From: Planctomycetota bacterium
GTDB lineage: Bacteria > Planctomycetota > Planctomycetia > Gemmatales > Gemmataceae
Length of the DNA: 64,000 nt
Direction: 5' to 3'
Assembly (NCBI GenBank): GCA_016195405.1
Contig: JACPZP010000125.1
Location: 21,665 to 85,664 of the forward strand
Positions 19,001-27,898 of the stretch are shown piece by piece. Position 1 is the first letter of the stretch. The number at the start of each line of letters is the position of its first letter. Below the pieces are notes generated by a model that worked only from the letters and a program-made list of their open reading frames with translations, did not search any database and was not told the DNA's origin. A program made the translations under genes and the position numbers.

Positions 19001-20364
19001 TTGTGTCCATTTCAGACGCCCCTCAATTCACGATCGTCGGCTCGGGCCTCGCCGGCGCGCTCTTGGCGTGCTACCTCGGCAAGGCGGGTAAACGCGTCGA
19101 CCTCTATGAGAAGCGTTCCGATCCACGCCGTCATGGGGCGGAGAGCGGTCGTTCGATCAACTTGGCCCTTTCCGTTCGCGGCATCAAGGCGCTAGAGGAA
19201 GTTGGGCTGGCGGACCGCGTGCTTCAGAACGCCATTCCGATGCGCGGGCGAATAATTCATTCGCCGACCGGACAACAGACCTTTCAGCGGTACGGCAAAG
19301 ACGAAAGCCAGGCGATCAACTCGGTCTCACGGGCGGGGCTCAATCTCATCTTGATCGAAGCGGCGGCGCGATATCCCAACGTGCGGATGTACTTCGAATC
19401 TCGCTGCACGGGGGTCGATCTCAAAGACATGGCGGTCGAGGTGGTGGAGGAAGTTGGAGTCTGCAATCAGGAGGCTGACACCCCCCGTTCGCCGCGACAT
19501 ATACAATTCGAGACCCTTGTCGGGGCGGATGGGGCGTATTCAGCGGTGCGGGCGGCATTGGAGAAGCAGGAACGCTTCAACTTTCAGCAGGATTATCTCT
19601 CGCACGGTTACAAGGAATTGACGATTCTGCCGGGACAGGGCGGGACGTTTTGTATGGAGAAGAACGCCCTGCACATTTGGCCGCGACATTCATTCATGAT
19701 GATCGCGCTGCCCAACATCGACGGCTCTTTCACGTGTACCCTTTTCTGGGCGTGCGAAGGGCCCAACAGCTTCGCGGCCATTCAGAGCGAAGCGGACCTG
19801 CTTCGATTCTTCAAGGAACAATTTGCCGATGCGATGCCGTTGTTGCCCAACCTCGCAGAAGAATATTTCCACAATCCAGTCGGGCCGCTGGTAACGATGC
19901 GCTGCTCGCCGTGGCACTTCGAGGATCGGATAGTGCTACTGGGAGACGCGGCTCACGCGGTCGTGCCGTTCTTGGGTCAAGGGATGAACGCCGCCTTCGA
20001 GGATTGCACGGTGCTGGCGCGGTGTTTGGAAAAACAACAGACTGAGGCGGCATTCCAAGACTACGAGCGACTGCGCAAGGAACATGCCGACGCGCTCGCA
20101 GACATGGCGATCGATAACTTTCTCGAGATGCGTGACCGCGTGGCTTCGCGGTGGTTTCTCATTCGCAAGAAGGCGTCGCTCCTGCTCTATAAGCTGTTTC
20201 CCGTCTGGTACGTGCCGCTCTACAACTTGATTCAGTTCACGACCACACCGTATGCCGACGCGCGTGGCCGTGCACGGAAGCAAGATCGCATGGTTTGGCG
20301 CGTCGGAATTGGTGTTCTGCTCGTCCTCACCGGCCTCTTCGTTTGGCTATCTGCATTTCGATAG
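18997..20364 (+). CDS. kmo: Kynurenine 3-monooxygenase (FAD-dependent), C-terminal membrane anchor
   Basis: 455 aa. FAD GxGxxG (IVGSGLAGALLA), the DG/GD motifs of class A flavin monooxygenases, hydrophobic C-terminus. Start overlaps the kynU stop. Confidence 0.85.
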   Translation: MIVSISDAPQFTIVGSGLAGALLACYLGKAGKRVDLYEKRSDPRRHGAESGRSINLALSVRGIKALEEVGLADRVLQNAIPMRGRIIHSPTGQQTFQRYGKDESQAINSVSRAGLNLILIEAAARYPNVRMYFESRCTGVDLKDMAVEVVEEVGVCNQEADTPRSPRHIQFETLVGADGAYSAVRAALEKQERFNFQQDYLSHGYKELTILPGQGGTFCMEKNALHIWPRHSFMMIALPNIDGSFTCTLFWACEGPNSFAAIQSEADLLRFFKEQFADAMPLLPNLAEEYFHNPVGPLVTMRCSPWHFEDRIVLLGDAAHAVVPFLGQGMNAAFEDCTVLARCLEKQQTEAAFQDYERLRKEHADALADMAIDNFLEMRDRVASRWFLIRKKASLLLYKLFPVWYVPLYNLIQFTTTPYADARGRARKQDRMVWRVGIGVLLVLTGLFVWLSAFR

Positions 20365-20381
20365 CAGGAACGCGCCGCGCG

Positions 20382-21668
20382 CTACCATTTCCAGGTGGCC
20401 TTGCGAACTTTCGCAGGAACGTAGTTGTCGAGGAACGACCAGCGACCAACGGTTTCACCCCAAATGGCCACAAGGCGAATGACCAGCAGCAACATTTGGT
20501 AGAGCGGCACCAGGAAGAACACCATGCAGATGGGCACGTCGCGGCGGAGATTGTTGCTGAAATATAGAAGGGAGGCCACCTGAATGATTTCGAACACCAG
20601 GTAGAGGAGATACAGGGTGAGGAGAATCCACCCGCCGTTGTCGGGTCCTGCGATGAAGAACCAAATGAACCAACCTAATATGGCGAGCGGACAGAAAAGG
20701 GAAAAGAAGCAAGCATCGACCATGAGAAACAGGTTGCTCCAGGAGAAGTTGGCGTTTCGGAAATCCGCAAGGTCGGAGTGTTTGCGGCAATGGTTGCGCA
20801 CGACTCCGCTTTGCTCCCAGCGCATGCGCTGGCGGATGAGTTGTTTCCAAGTGGTGGGGACCTCCGTCAAGCAGTGCGAATAAGGCGCGAACGCGACCCG
20901 GTAGCCGATCTTCCTAAGCGTCAAAGTCAGGTCGAGATCCTCCGGTGGACCCACGTCCCAGCCCTGTACTTTGTCCAAAGCGTCACGGCGGAAGGCGCCA
21001 AAAGCGCCGGAGACGATTCCCAGAATGCCGAACATCGCGGAGACCATCCGGCCCACAAAGATGGTGCTGAGATATTCATAGGCTTGCAACCAAGTGGCCA
21101 AGCTGGTGAACGAGTTGCGAGCCACGACGCAGCCTGCCACGGCGCCCACGCGAGGGTCCCGAAGTGGCTGCACCACCTCCCAAATCGCCTGCGGACCGAG
21201 TTCCGAGTCGGCGTCGATGACCACCACCACTTCCGCTTGGGTGTAGCGCAAGGCGAAGTTCATGGCTGAAGATTTGCCGCCGCGTTCGGGACGGCTTAGC
21301 ACCAAAACCCCGGAATGGGTGCGGGCGAATTGCTGGGCGACCCCTGACATGTCGTCGATCGAGCCGTCGCTGACGACTATGATCTCCAGCCGTGGATACG
21401 ATCCCCACAGGCCGGCGAGAGTGTGACTTATCATCTCCTCTTCGTTGAAACCTGCGACGACGGCGCACACACTCGGACAATAGGTGAAGCGGGGGTTTCG
21501 AGGCCGGCCGCGAAGCCAGCGCCAGAAGCCGCGCGCGCAATCCATCAAGCAAAGAAAGATCTTCGCCACCGCGTAACGCGGCACGTCAGTTAGCAGCAGA
21601 CCCAGGCCGAACAGGAGCAGCTCGTCCGCATGAAGCGAGGAAAGCCAGTGGATCCAATCGGTGAGCAT
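20382..21668 (-). CDS. Family 2 glycosyltransferase, processive membrane-embedded synthase (Alg8/PgaC/cellulose-synthase-like). Start uncertain
   Basis: 428 aa. GT-A motifs (VVSDGSID, DAD, QRMRW = QxxRW), N- and C-terminal TM helices. The 83-bp overlap with the upstream ORF suggests a later start. Confidence 0.85.
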   Translation of the reverse strand: MLTDWIHWLSSLHADELLLFGLGLLLTDVPRYAVAKIFLCLMDCARGFWRWLRGRPRNPRFTYCPSVCAVVAGFNEEEMISHTLAGLWGSYPRLEIIVVSDGSIDDMSGVAQQFARTHSGVLVLSRPERGGKSSAMNFALRYTQAEVVVVIDADSELGPQAIWEVVQPLRDPRVGAVAGCVVARNSFTSLATWLQAYEYLSTIFVGRMVSAMFGILGIVSGAFGAFRRDALDKVQGWDVGPPEDLDLTLTLRKIGYRVAFAPYSHCLTEVPTTWKQLIRQRMRWEQSGVVRNHCRKHSDLADFRNANFSWSNLFLMVDACFFSLFCPLAILGWFIWFFIAGPDNGGWILLTLYLLYLVFEIIQVASLLYFSNNLRRDVPICMVFFLVPLYQMLLLVIRLVAIWGETVGRWSFLDNYVPAKVRKATWKW

Positions 21669-22584
21669 GATAACCTACCAGTTCCAGCTCGAGGGCCTGG
21701 TGGCAGGGAAAACGCAGTTGGCAGCGCAGGCACTGGGCCACGAGGTCCAGCTCGGGGGCGCTCCAATGACAGTCGAAGCAGGTTTGGCGGCCGCGCAGAT
21801 GCTCGAAATCGGCGCCGACGACCAGGCGGCGCGTGCGGCATTTGGGGCAGACCAACTCGCCGCCGGATTCGAAATCGGCCGCGAAGCCGACATGAGCGCA
21901 GGCATAATGGTGGATGAGGCGGTCCTGGGTGACCCGCGCCGAGCCGCACGCCTGGCAACCGCGACGAAAACTCGGCATTCCCTCGCATCGGGGACAGACG
22001 TGCACGCGGTCCCAGGTGAAGCGTTCGAGCACTCCCAGTTCCGCCCACCGCTCGAGCAAGGCCGCCGGTTGGGGCAGGACATATGCCAATTGGCTCGCTA
22101 CGAAACTCGGGGTCAGGTTTTTTGGGTCCAGTAGGTCGTGGGCGGCACCCCCGAAACGGCCACCTAAGTGCAGATCGGGCGTTTCACCGGGCTCATCGCA
22201 AACGGCCAAGCCGGTGCAGACGAAGCCCCCGCCGGGTTTGTCAAGAACGACGACGACGTCCTGGGTCAGGAGATCGACGGGCGATTCCAACTTCAGTCCC
22301 ATGCCCTCGACGCTCAGATCGACTGCGATGGCGTGGCGGCGCCGCACCAGGTCCGGCGAACAATCGGGAAGCAGGGGGATGACTACGGCCGGCGCTTGAA
22401 TGCCGCGGCGTGGGTTCGCACGCACGGCATGCGGCGCAGGCATATCGTGGATCGTTTCGCCGTCGCCGATGACGATCAAGTCCACGAACGTATCACGCGA
22501 ATTAGGCGGACTTTCCTCGAGCGTAAGCACTTGCTCTTCAGTTGCCGGCGACATTGCGTCTCCCAGAATATTGACTCGCGGCAT
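21586..22584 (-). CDS. PilZ-like domain protein with a C-terminal Cys-rich (multi CxxC zinc-ribbon) domain
   Basis: 332 aa. RANPR (RxxxR), then ~32 aa later DLSVEG (DxSxxG). C-terminal half has CPRC...CQAC...CPKC...CFDC...CLRC pairs. Confidence 0.5.
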   Translation of the reverse strand: MPRVNILGDAMSPATEEQVLTLEESPPNSRDTFVDLIVIGDGETIHDMPAPHAVRANPRRGIQAPAVVIPLLPDCSPDLVRRRHAIAVDLSVEGMGLKLESPVDLLTQDVVVVLDKPGGGFVCTGLAVCDEPGETPDLHLGGRFGGAAHDLLDPKNLTPSFVASQLAYVLPQPAALLERWAELGVLERFTWDRVHVCPRCEGMPSFRRGCQACGSARVTQDRLIHHYACAHVGFAADFESGGELVCPKCRTRRLVVGADFEHLRGRQTCFDCHWSAPELDLVAQCLRCQLRFPCHQALELELVGYHAHRLDPLAFLASCGRAAPVRPGSAAN

Positions 22585-22587
22585 GCG

Positions 22588-23757
22588 TCAGGGAAGCTTG
22601 ACTACGCCCCCGATACGCAAGGCCATCCATTGTGCCGATTCGGCTTGGGGAGACAGGTAAAGCGGTAGGAACTTTTGCCCGGCCGCGGAATAGCGTTTAA
22701 GGTGTTCCGGCGCAGCCTCAAATTGTTGGCCCCATCCGTCCACGGTGGCAGTCATGCGATTGGGGTAGGGTTCCACGCACAAAGCCACCGCGTCGCCGAC
22801 GTTGAAATTCTCCGTCATGGATTGCGGCACGAACACCACCGCCCGCAGCGAGCCCTCCTCGAGGAGAGAAATCACCGGCTCGCCTTCCGGGCAGTGTTCC
22901 CCGGCAAAGTGATGGATCTTGAGCACACGACCGGGGCCGCTGGCCAACACGCGGCCTCGATCCAACTGCTCCTTCACGCGTGCCCGCTCCGCGCTCAAGT
23001 ACGCGATCTTGGCAAGGTGCGGCTTGAGTTGATCGTCGCCGTCCTTTGCCAAGCTCTCGCCCAGGTCGACGTCGCCGGCAAGCAGGATCGTGGCCAGCTC
23101 CTTGTGTTTTTTCATTGCCCGCAGCGATTCCTGAAGCTTCTCGACCTTTTTTTGCTGACCAAGGGTTTCGATGCAAATGCGGTCGAGTTCGGCTTCGGCT
23201 AAGGCTTTCTTGACGTACAAGTTCTCGGCCCGGGCGCGTTCCGCCAAGAGCTTTTGCAGGTTAGCTTGTTCGGCGCGAAAGTTACCCACGCTTTCCAGGT
23301 AGCGCGCGCTGGCGGCGTGGCTTTGGTCGAGGTGGAAGGCCGCCTGCCATTTGAGACGCGCAGTCTCCGCGTCCAGAGACGCCTGTGCTTGCTTGATTTC
23401 GTCATCGAGTTGTTGATAGCGGTGCCTTAACGCCGCGTTCTCGACCATCACGAGCAACTGTCCTTGGCGGACAACCTCTCCTTCGTGAACATGGAATTCG
23501 ACCAGCACTCCGGCGTGCGGGGCCGGCACACGCACCACGCGGCCTTCGACGGTTCCGTAGGCACGGTAACGGAAAAATGAGTCCCAAACCTGGTAGCCGC
23601 CCCAACCGCACGCTGCCACCAACAAGATGCCGATAAACCAGCGACCCTTGGGACGATGATGCACCGGAGTCGGCTCCGCAGGCGCTCGGGCTGGCGCCGG
23701 CGTGGCGCCGCGGTAGTTGGGGTAACCGAATTGGGTTGCGGTTTCTGCCGGATTCAT
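22588..23757 (-). CDS. HlyD-family periplasmic adaptor / membrane fusion protein
   Basis: 389 aa. N-terminal TM anchor, biotin-lipoyl-like beta hairpins flanking a long coiled coil. 4 bp upstream of the PilZ-like gene. Confidence 0.8.
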   Translation of the reverse strand: MNPAETATQFGYPNYRGATPAPARAPAEPTPVHHRPKGRWFIGILLVAACGWGGYQVWDSFFRYRAYGTVEGRVVRVPAPHAGVLVEFHVHEGEVVRQGQLLVMVENAALRHRYQQLDDEIKQAQASLDAETARLKWQAAFHLDQSHAASARYLESVGNFRAEQANLQKLLAERARAENLYVKKALAEAELDRICIETLGQQKKVEKLQESLRAMKKHKELATILLAGDVDLGESLAKDGDDQLKPHLAKIAYLSAERARVKEQLDRGRVLASGPGRVLKIHHFAGEHCPEGEPVISLLEEGSLRAVVFVPQSMTENFNVGDAVALCVEPYPNRMTATVDGWGQQFEAAPEHLKRYSAAGQKFLPLYLSPQAESAQWMALRIGGVVKLP

Positions 23758-24288
23758 GGTAAGGCGGGCTCAATCGGCATGGGCTTCTGGCGGACCGTAC
23801 ACTCAGACATGAAAACTTAGGTCATGGTTGGTTCTTGTCAAAAAATGCGCCGGAAAAATCATTAAAAAGAGCCTTCAAGCGCCATCGACGGCGCGCATTG
23901 TGCTTTCGGCTCATTGAATCTCAGAGCAGCCAATTCTCATGCTACGCAGAGTGACACGTCCCGCGATTTCGAGACCCCCAGCAGAAAATCGTACCGCTCG
24001 AGGGTGAATTCACAAGTGCTTGGCAATAAATGGGATCGGGATTTCGTTTCACTCGAGCGGGACGTTTTGCATGAGGGCGTACTCCCGGAATTGTCCGTAT
24101 TCCCAAACCTGATGACAAAGTGCCAAAGCAATGCCTCCACAAGCAATATCTCCACCTGTTAGCAGAGGATTAAGCGCGGGCTCACGTTGTGGAACATTCG
24201 ACGGGCCGTTAGAAACTCATGTACGAAATCGCTTCGTCTCGGGAAGCATTTAATAGAAGAGTACAAGCCAATAACTGGGAAGGAACGA

Positions 24289-25752
24289 ATGGCGACAAGC
24301 CAGATAAACGGGGTAATGAGACATCTGCGGCGAGTGCTCCGGCCTCGCGAGATAGAACGCACGACCGATGGCAAACTGTTGACGGACTTCCTGCGTCATC
24401 GCGACGAGGGTGCTTTTGAGACCATCGTGCGGCGGCACGGCGGCCTGGTCATGGGCGTTTGTCGCCGCGTGCTTGCGAACACGCACGATGCCGAGGATGC
24501 TTTTCAGGCCACCTTCCTGGTGCTCATCCGCAAGGCCAGCTCCCTGGCGTCGCCGGATCTGCTTGCGAATTGGCTCTACGGCGTCGCCTATAACACGGCT
24601 CTCAAAGCTCGGGCATGGACGGCGAAGCGCCGCCGGAGGGAACAACACTTGACGCATCTGCCTGATACGGAAGCGGCCGAACGAAATGCGGACGAGCGGG
24701 ATTTATGGAACGATCTGCAGCCCTTGCTCGATCAGGAACTCAGCCGCTTGCCCGACAAGTATCGTGTCCCGATCGTGCTCTGCGATCTGGAGGGCAAGAG
24801 CCGGAGGCAAGCCGCGCAGCGAATCGGCTGTCCCGAAGGGACGGTTTCGGGCCGGCTCGCTCGAGCGCGCGCCATGCTCGCCAAGCGGCTCACGCGGCGC
24901 GGCCTAGCGTTGGCTGGAGGATCGTTGGCATTCGTGTTGGCCGAGAACGCTTCCGCGGCCAGCGTGCCAAGCTCGGTGGTGATTACGATTGTCAAGGCCG
25001 CAGGCTTGCATGCGGCAGGGCAGGCGGCGACCGCAAGCATGGTCTCGACCAAGGTTGCTGCTCTCGCAGAAGGAGTGCTCAAGTCCATGATGCTAACCAA
25101 ATGCAAAATCGCGACAGCGGTACTTTTCATCGCGGCTGCGCTGGGATTCAGCGGCCACGGGTTCTTGCAGGCGCTGGCGGATGAACCTACGCAACCAATC
25201 GCCAAGCAAGAACCGCAAGAGCCCAATGGCAAGCCCGCGCAGGACGACGACGTCGGCAAACTCACTTTGCCTCAAGGCCCGATGCCGACTCAGGCATTGG
25301 TGAGTCTTGATGATGCGGGTCAATTGGTCGTGCGAACGCGCGAGGCAGCCTATAAGCAATTCGCTCAGGGGCAACAATTAATGGTGGTCGACGAAATCAA
25401 GACTCGTCAATACAAGCTGGGAGAAGTGCAAGTGTTCGACGTGCGCGTCGAGCCGATTGACCCCAAACAACTTCCGAAGATGCTCGCGAAGGAAGTCGCG
25501 GCCCTGATCATTCGAGGCCGGCAACCGCTCGATCCGCTTCACTTCCGCCTTCATAAGGAAGGGACGCTGGTCTTCGTGATTCCGCTTCCACCTGGGCCTG
25601 CTCCGCCTGCGGCTGCGGGCGGCTTCGGCGGCGGAGGATTCGCAGTGCCTCTTCCACCTGCAGGCGCCGTGCCCGTGCGCAATGGAGTCCCTGTACTCCC
25701 GCCCCCCGTGGCACCCCAGCAGGCTCTGCCAAGCGCGCCGCAGAGACGATAA
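24289..25752 (+). CDS. ECF sigma factor fused to a C-terminal transmembrane / Pro-Gly-rich extension (start at MATSQ; ORF opens at 24187)
   Basis: Sigma-2 region ([20 protein letters not shown]) and sigma-4 HTH ([32 protein letters not shown]), then a TM helix ([14 protein letters not shown]) and a Pro-rich tail. Confidence 0.8.
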   Translation: MATSQINGVMRHLRRVLRPREIERTTDGKLLTDFLRHRDEGAFETIVRRHGGLVMGVCRRVLANTHDAEDAFQATFLVLIRKASSLASPDLLANWLYGVAYNTALKARAWTAKRRRREQHLTHLPDTEAAERNADERDLWNDLQPLLDQELSRLPDKYRVPIVLCDLEGKSRRQAAQRIGCPEGTVSGRLARARAMLAKRLTRRGLALAGGSLAFVLAENASAASVPSSVVITIVKAAGLHAAGQAATASMVSTKVAALAEGVLKSMMLTKCKIATAVLFIAAALGFSGHGFLQALADEPTQPIAKQEPQEPNGKPAQDDDVGKLTLPQGPMPTQALVSLDDAGQLVVRTREAAYKQFAQGQQLMVVDEIKTRQYKLGEVQVFDVRVEPIDPKQLPKMLAKEVAALIIRGRQPLDPLHFRLHKEGTLVFVIPLPPGPAPPAAAGGFGGGGFAVPLPPAGAVPVRNGVPVLPPPVAPQQALPSAPQRR

Positions 25753-25831
25753 CATTTGCCTTAACGCGGGGTCAGGATCTTCAAGCTTACAGATCCTGAC
25801 CCTCCTTTTTCGGTCCCTTTCGGATTACACT

Positions 25832-26683
25832 TCAAGCTACACTAGCGCAATAATGAGCACCCCACGCGGCGGGAAGAGCTTCAGGATCGAGGCCGCGAAG
25901 CAACCCCTGCTGCCGATCGATTTCGTCCGCCTTTAACAGATTCAATGCCTGAAGTTGGTCGCGGACTTCGTCGTAGAACATCAACATGTTCTCAATCATC
26001 AGCTCGTTCGACCGGCATTCCGACCAGCCGGCGCGCACACAGCTGTAACCCGCCGCTTCAAGCGATCTGGCTAAGCTCGCGCCCACGTCGGGCGAGAGCC
26101 GCTTAACGAGGTAAAGCTGGTTGATGACTTCCCCCCAAACACGCAGAGGCGCAAGCTCGGTTCGGCCGCTCGCTTCGAGAAACGCGAGGCGGGCCAGCGG
26201 CGCCCGAAAGTCCGGCTCAATGAAACCAACACGCGTTCCCGGTCGAAGGCGAGTGCGAAGGCGGCCAATCATGATTTCAACCATCGGCACATGATGAAGC
26301 ACCGCCCGGCCGACAACCACATCCGCCCCGTCGAGCCATTCTCCGAGCATCGAAATATCGGAAGCGACGGTCTCGAAGCGCGCGGGACCGAGCTTGCCTA
26401 AGCTGTTTCGCGCCTGGGCAAGTAAGCATTCGCTCGCATCGACGCCGATCAGTACGCCGCCCGCGCCAAGACGCCGGAGAATTCGGCGGCTCAGGCCGCC
26501 CGGGCCGCAGCCGAGTTCGATGACTCTGTCGTGTGGTCGCAGCGCCAGCTCGTCAAGAAGTTTCTCGGAAACGTCCGCGAAATGACTGTCTTGGATTTCG
26601 AGTCGCCGTGCGGCGCCTACCGATTGCCCCAGCACATAGTCGTGCGCTGCACTCTTATTTGCACTCACCCTTGCATTCCCCAT
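25832..26683 (-). CDS. Class I SAM-dependent methyltransferase
   Basis: 283 aa. Motif I VIELGCGPGG, motif II GVDASE, motif post-I. Start overlaps the upstream cyclase gene by 19 bp. Confidence 0.8.
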   Translation of the reverse strand: MGNARVSANKSAAHDYVLGQSVGAARRLEIQDSHFADVSEKLLDELALRPHDRVIELGCGPGGLSRRILRRLGAGGVLIGVDASECLLAQARNSLGKLGPARFETVASDISMLGEWLDGADVVVGRAVLHHVPMVEIMIGRLRTRLRPGTRVGFIEPDFRAPLARLAFLEASGRTELAPLRVWGEVINQLYLVKRLSPDVGASLARSLEAAGYSCVRAGWSECRSNELMIENMLMFYDEVRDQLQALNLLKADEIDRQQGLLRGLDPEALPAAWGAHYCASVA

Positions 26684-27894
26684 TTCCAGGCCTTCACCTT
26701 GCCGACATTGCGGGCTTCCAGCGCGTCCATCTCTTGAAAGCCGCTTTTGACCGTGTCGGGTAATTCGTTGAATGTGGTGTTGCCGACGACCATTTCACCG
26801 GGACCGGCGGCCGCCATCAATCGGGCGGCGATATTGATCGGGTCGCCGATGGCCCCCATGTGGGTGCGGCTGTAGGGACGCAGCGAAAGGAACTGAAGGT
26901 TGCCCTGAGCCATGCCGATGTGTACGCCCGAAAACTCCTGAACGCGGTCCAGTTGCCTCTGCCAGTCTTGGGCAACTGAATTGCCGATGCTCAAAAGCCC
27001 CCGAGCCGCTTGAAAGGCGTTGGCTGCGTCCTCGGAGCTTTGCTTGGGAACGCCGAAGAGCCCGATGGCTTCATCGCCGACGAATTGATAGAACATGCCG
27101 CCCCGGTTGATGATCTCGTAGCGGGATTTGGAATAGAACGACGTGAGGCTGTTGCGGACTACCGCGTCGTCGTGGGTGTCGCGGACAAAACTGGAAAACG
27201 AACACAGATCGGCCAGTACCACGACCACCTTGTCGTATTTACCCGGCGGCAATAGCTGTCGCGTCGTGAATTGGTGCTTTTCGCGCAGTTGCCGAATTTT
27301 CCAAAAGCCCAGATGCCAAGTCAGCACCGAACGCAAGTGAGTGTGGTCGTACTTTTCCAGCGAAGCGCCGCCGAATGCATAGAAACCTTTGGCGCGATCC
27401 ACGGCCTGGCGAATCTGGAGAAGACTCTCTTCGGAAATGGCAGTGATGTCGACGCCGAAATTCTGCCGCAACAGGGCCATCAGGCGTTCTTCGTCCCAGA
27501 CCTCCAGCGTCAAACCCGCGCCGGCCAAAACCTGACGAAGCTTCTCGATCGTGTCATCCCAATCAGGCCGTCCCTGCCGGTCCACGAATAGGGTCACTTG
27601 TTGGGCATTCTCCATTGCGGGCGTGCGCGCGCCGTACTTGCGGCCCATATGTTGCAACAGCACCGGCTGCGGATATCCGAACTTGATTTCGACAAAAACA
27701 GGGGGCTGGCCGGGCTGCGAAACGCGAATGTCGGCAAACGCGCCCGAGCTGCCCAAATCAACTTCGCGCTCAATCGCCAGGCATTCGGGTTGAACTTCCT
27801 TGTTTCGCAGGCCCTGGAATCGAAGCAGATCGCAGCACAACTCTTCGAGGAGAAGCCGCAATGGATTCAAGGAACCATCAGAGTGCTCGGCCAT
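26665..27894 (-). CDS. Class III adenylate/guanylate cyclase with an N-terminal ~200-aa restriction-endonuclease-like (PD-(D/E)xK-like) domain
   Basis: C-terminal CHD: VVVVLADLCSFSS...FVGDEAIGLFG...GDPINIAARL. N-terminal half has E...FADIRV...VFVEIKF, i.e. the E/D-(D/E)xK arrangement. Confidence 0.8.
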   Translation of the reverse strand: MAEHSDGSLNPLRLLLEELCCDLLRFQGLRNKEVQPECLAIEREVDLGSSGAFADIRVSQPGQPPVFVEIKFGYPQPVLLQHMGRKYGARTPAMENAQQVTLFVDRQGRPDWDDTIEKLRQVLAGAGLTLEVWDEERLMALLRQNFGVDITAISEESLLQIRQAVDRAKGFYAFGGASLEKYDHTHLRSVLTWHLGFWKIRQLREKHQFTTRQLLPPGKYDKVVVVLADLCSFSSFVRDTHDDAVVRNSLTSFYSKSRYEIINRGGMFYQFVGDEAIGLFGVPKQSSEDAANAFQAARGLLSIGNSVAQDWQRQLDRVQEFSGVHIGMAQGNLQFLSLRPYSRTHMGAIGDPINIAARLMAAAGPGEMVVGNTTFNELPDTVKSGFQEMDALEARNVGKVKAWKWGMQG

Positions 27895-27898
27895 TGAG

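Noticed and set aside
23914-24186. Small ORFs (82, 72, 66 aa) in the AT-richer leader of the ECF sigma gene
   Set aside because: They overlap each other in different frames without RBSs. Treated as a non-coding promoter or leader region.
26665-27894. Calling the cyclase a Pycsar or CBASS cyclase
   Set aside because: The C-terminal domain is a conventional class III CHD, and there is no adjacent TM, TIR or other effector gene. The association remains speculative.
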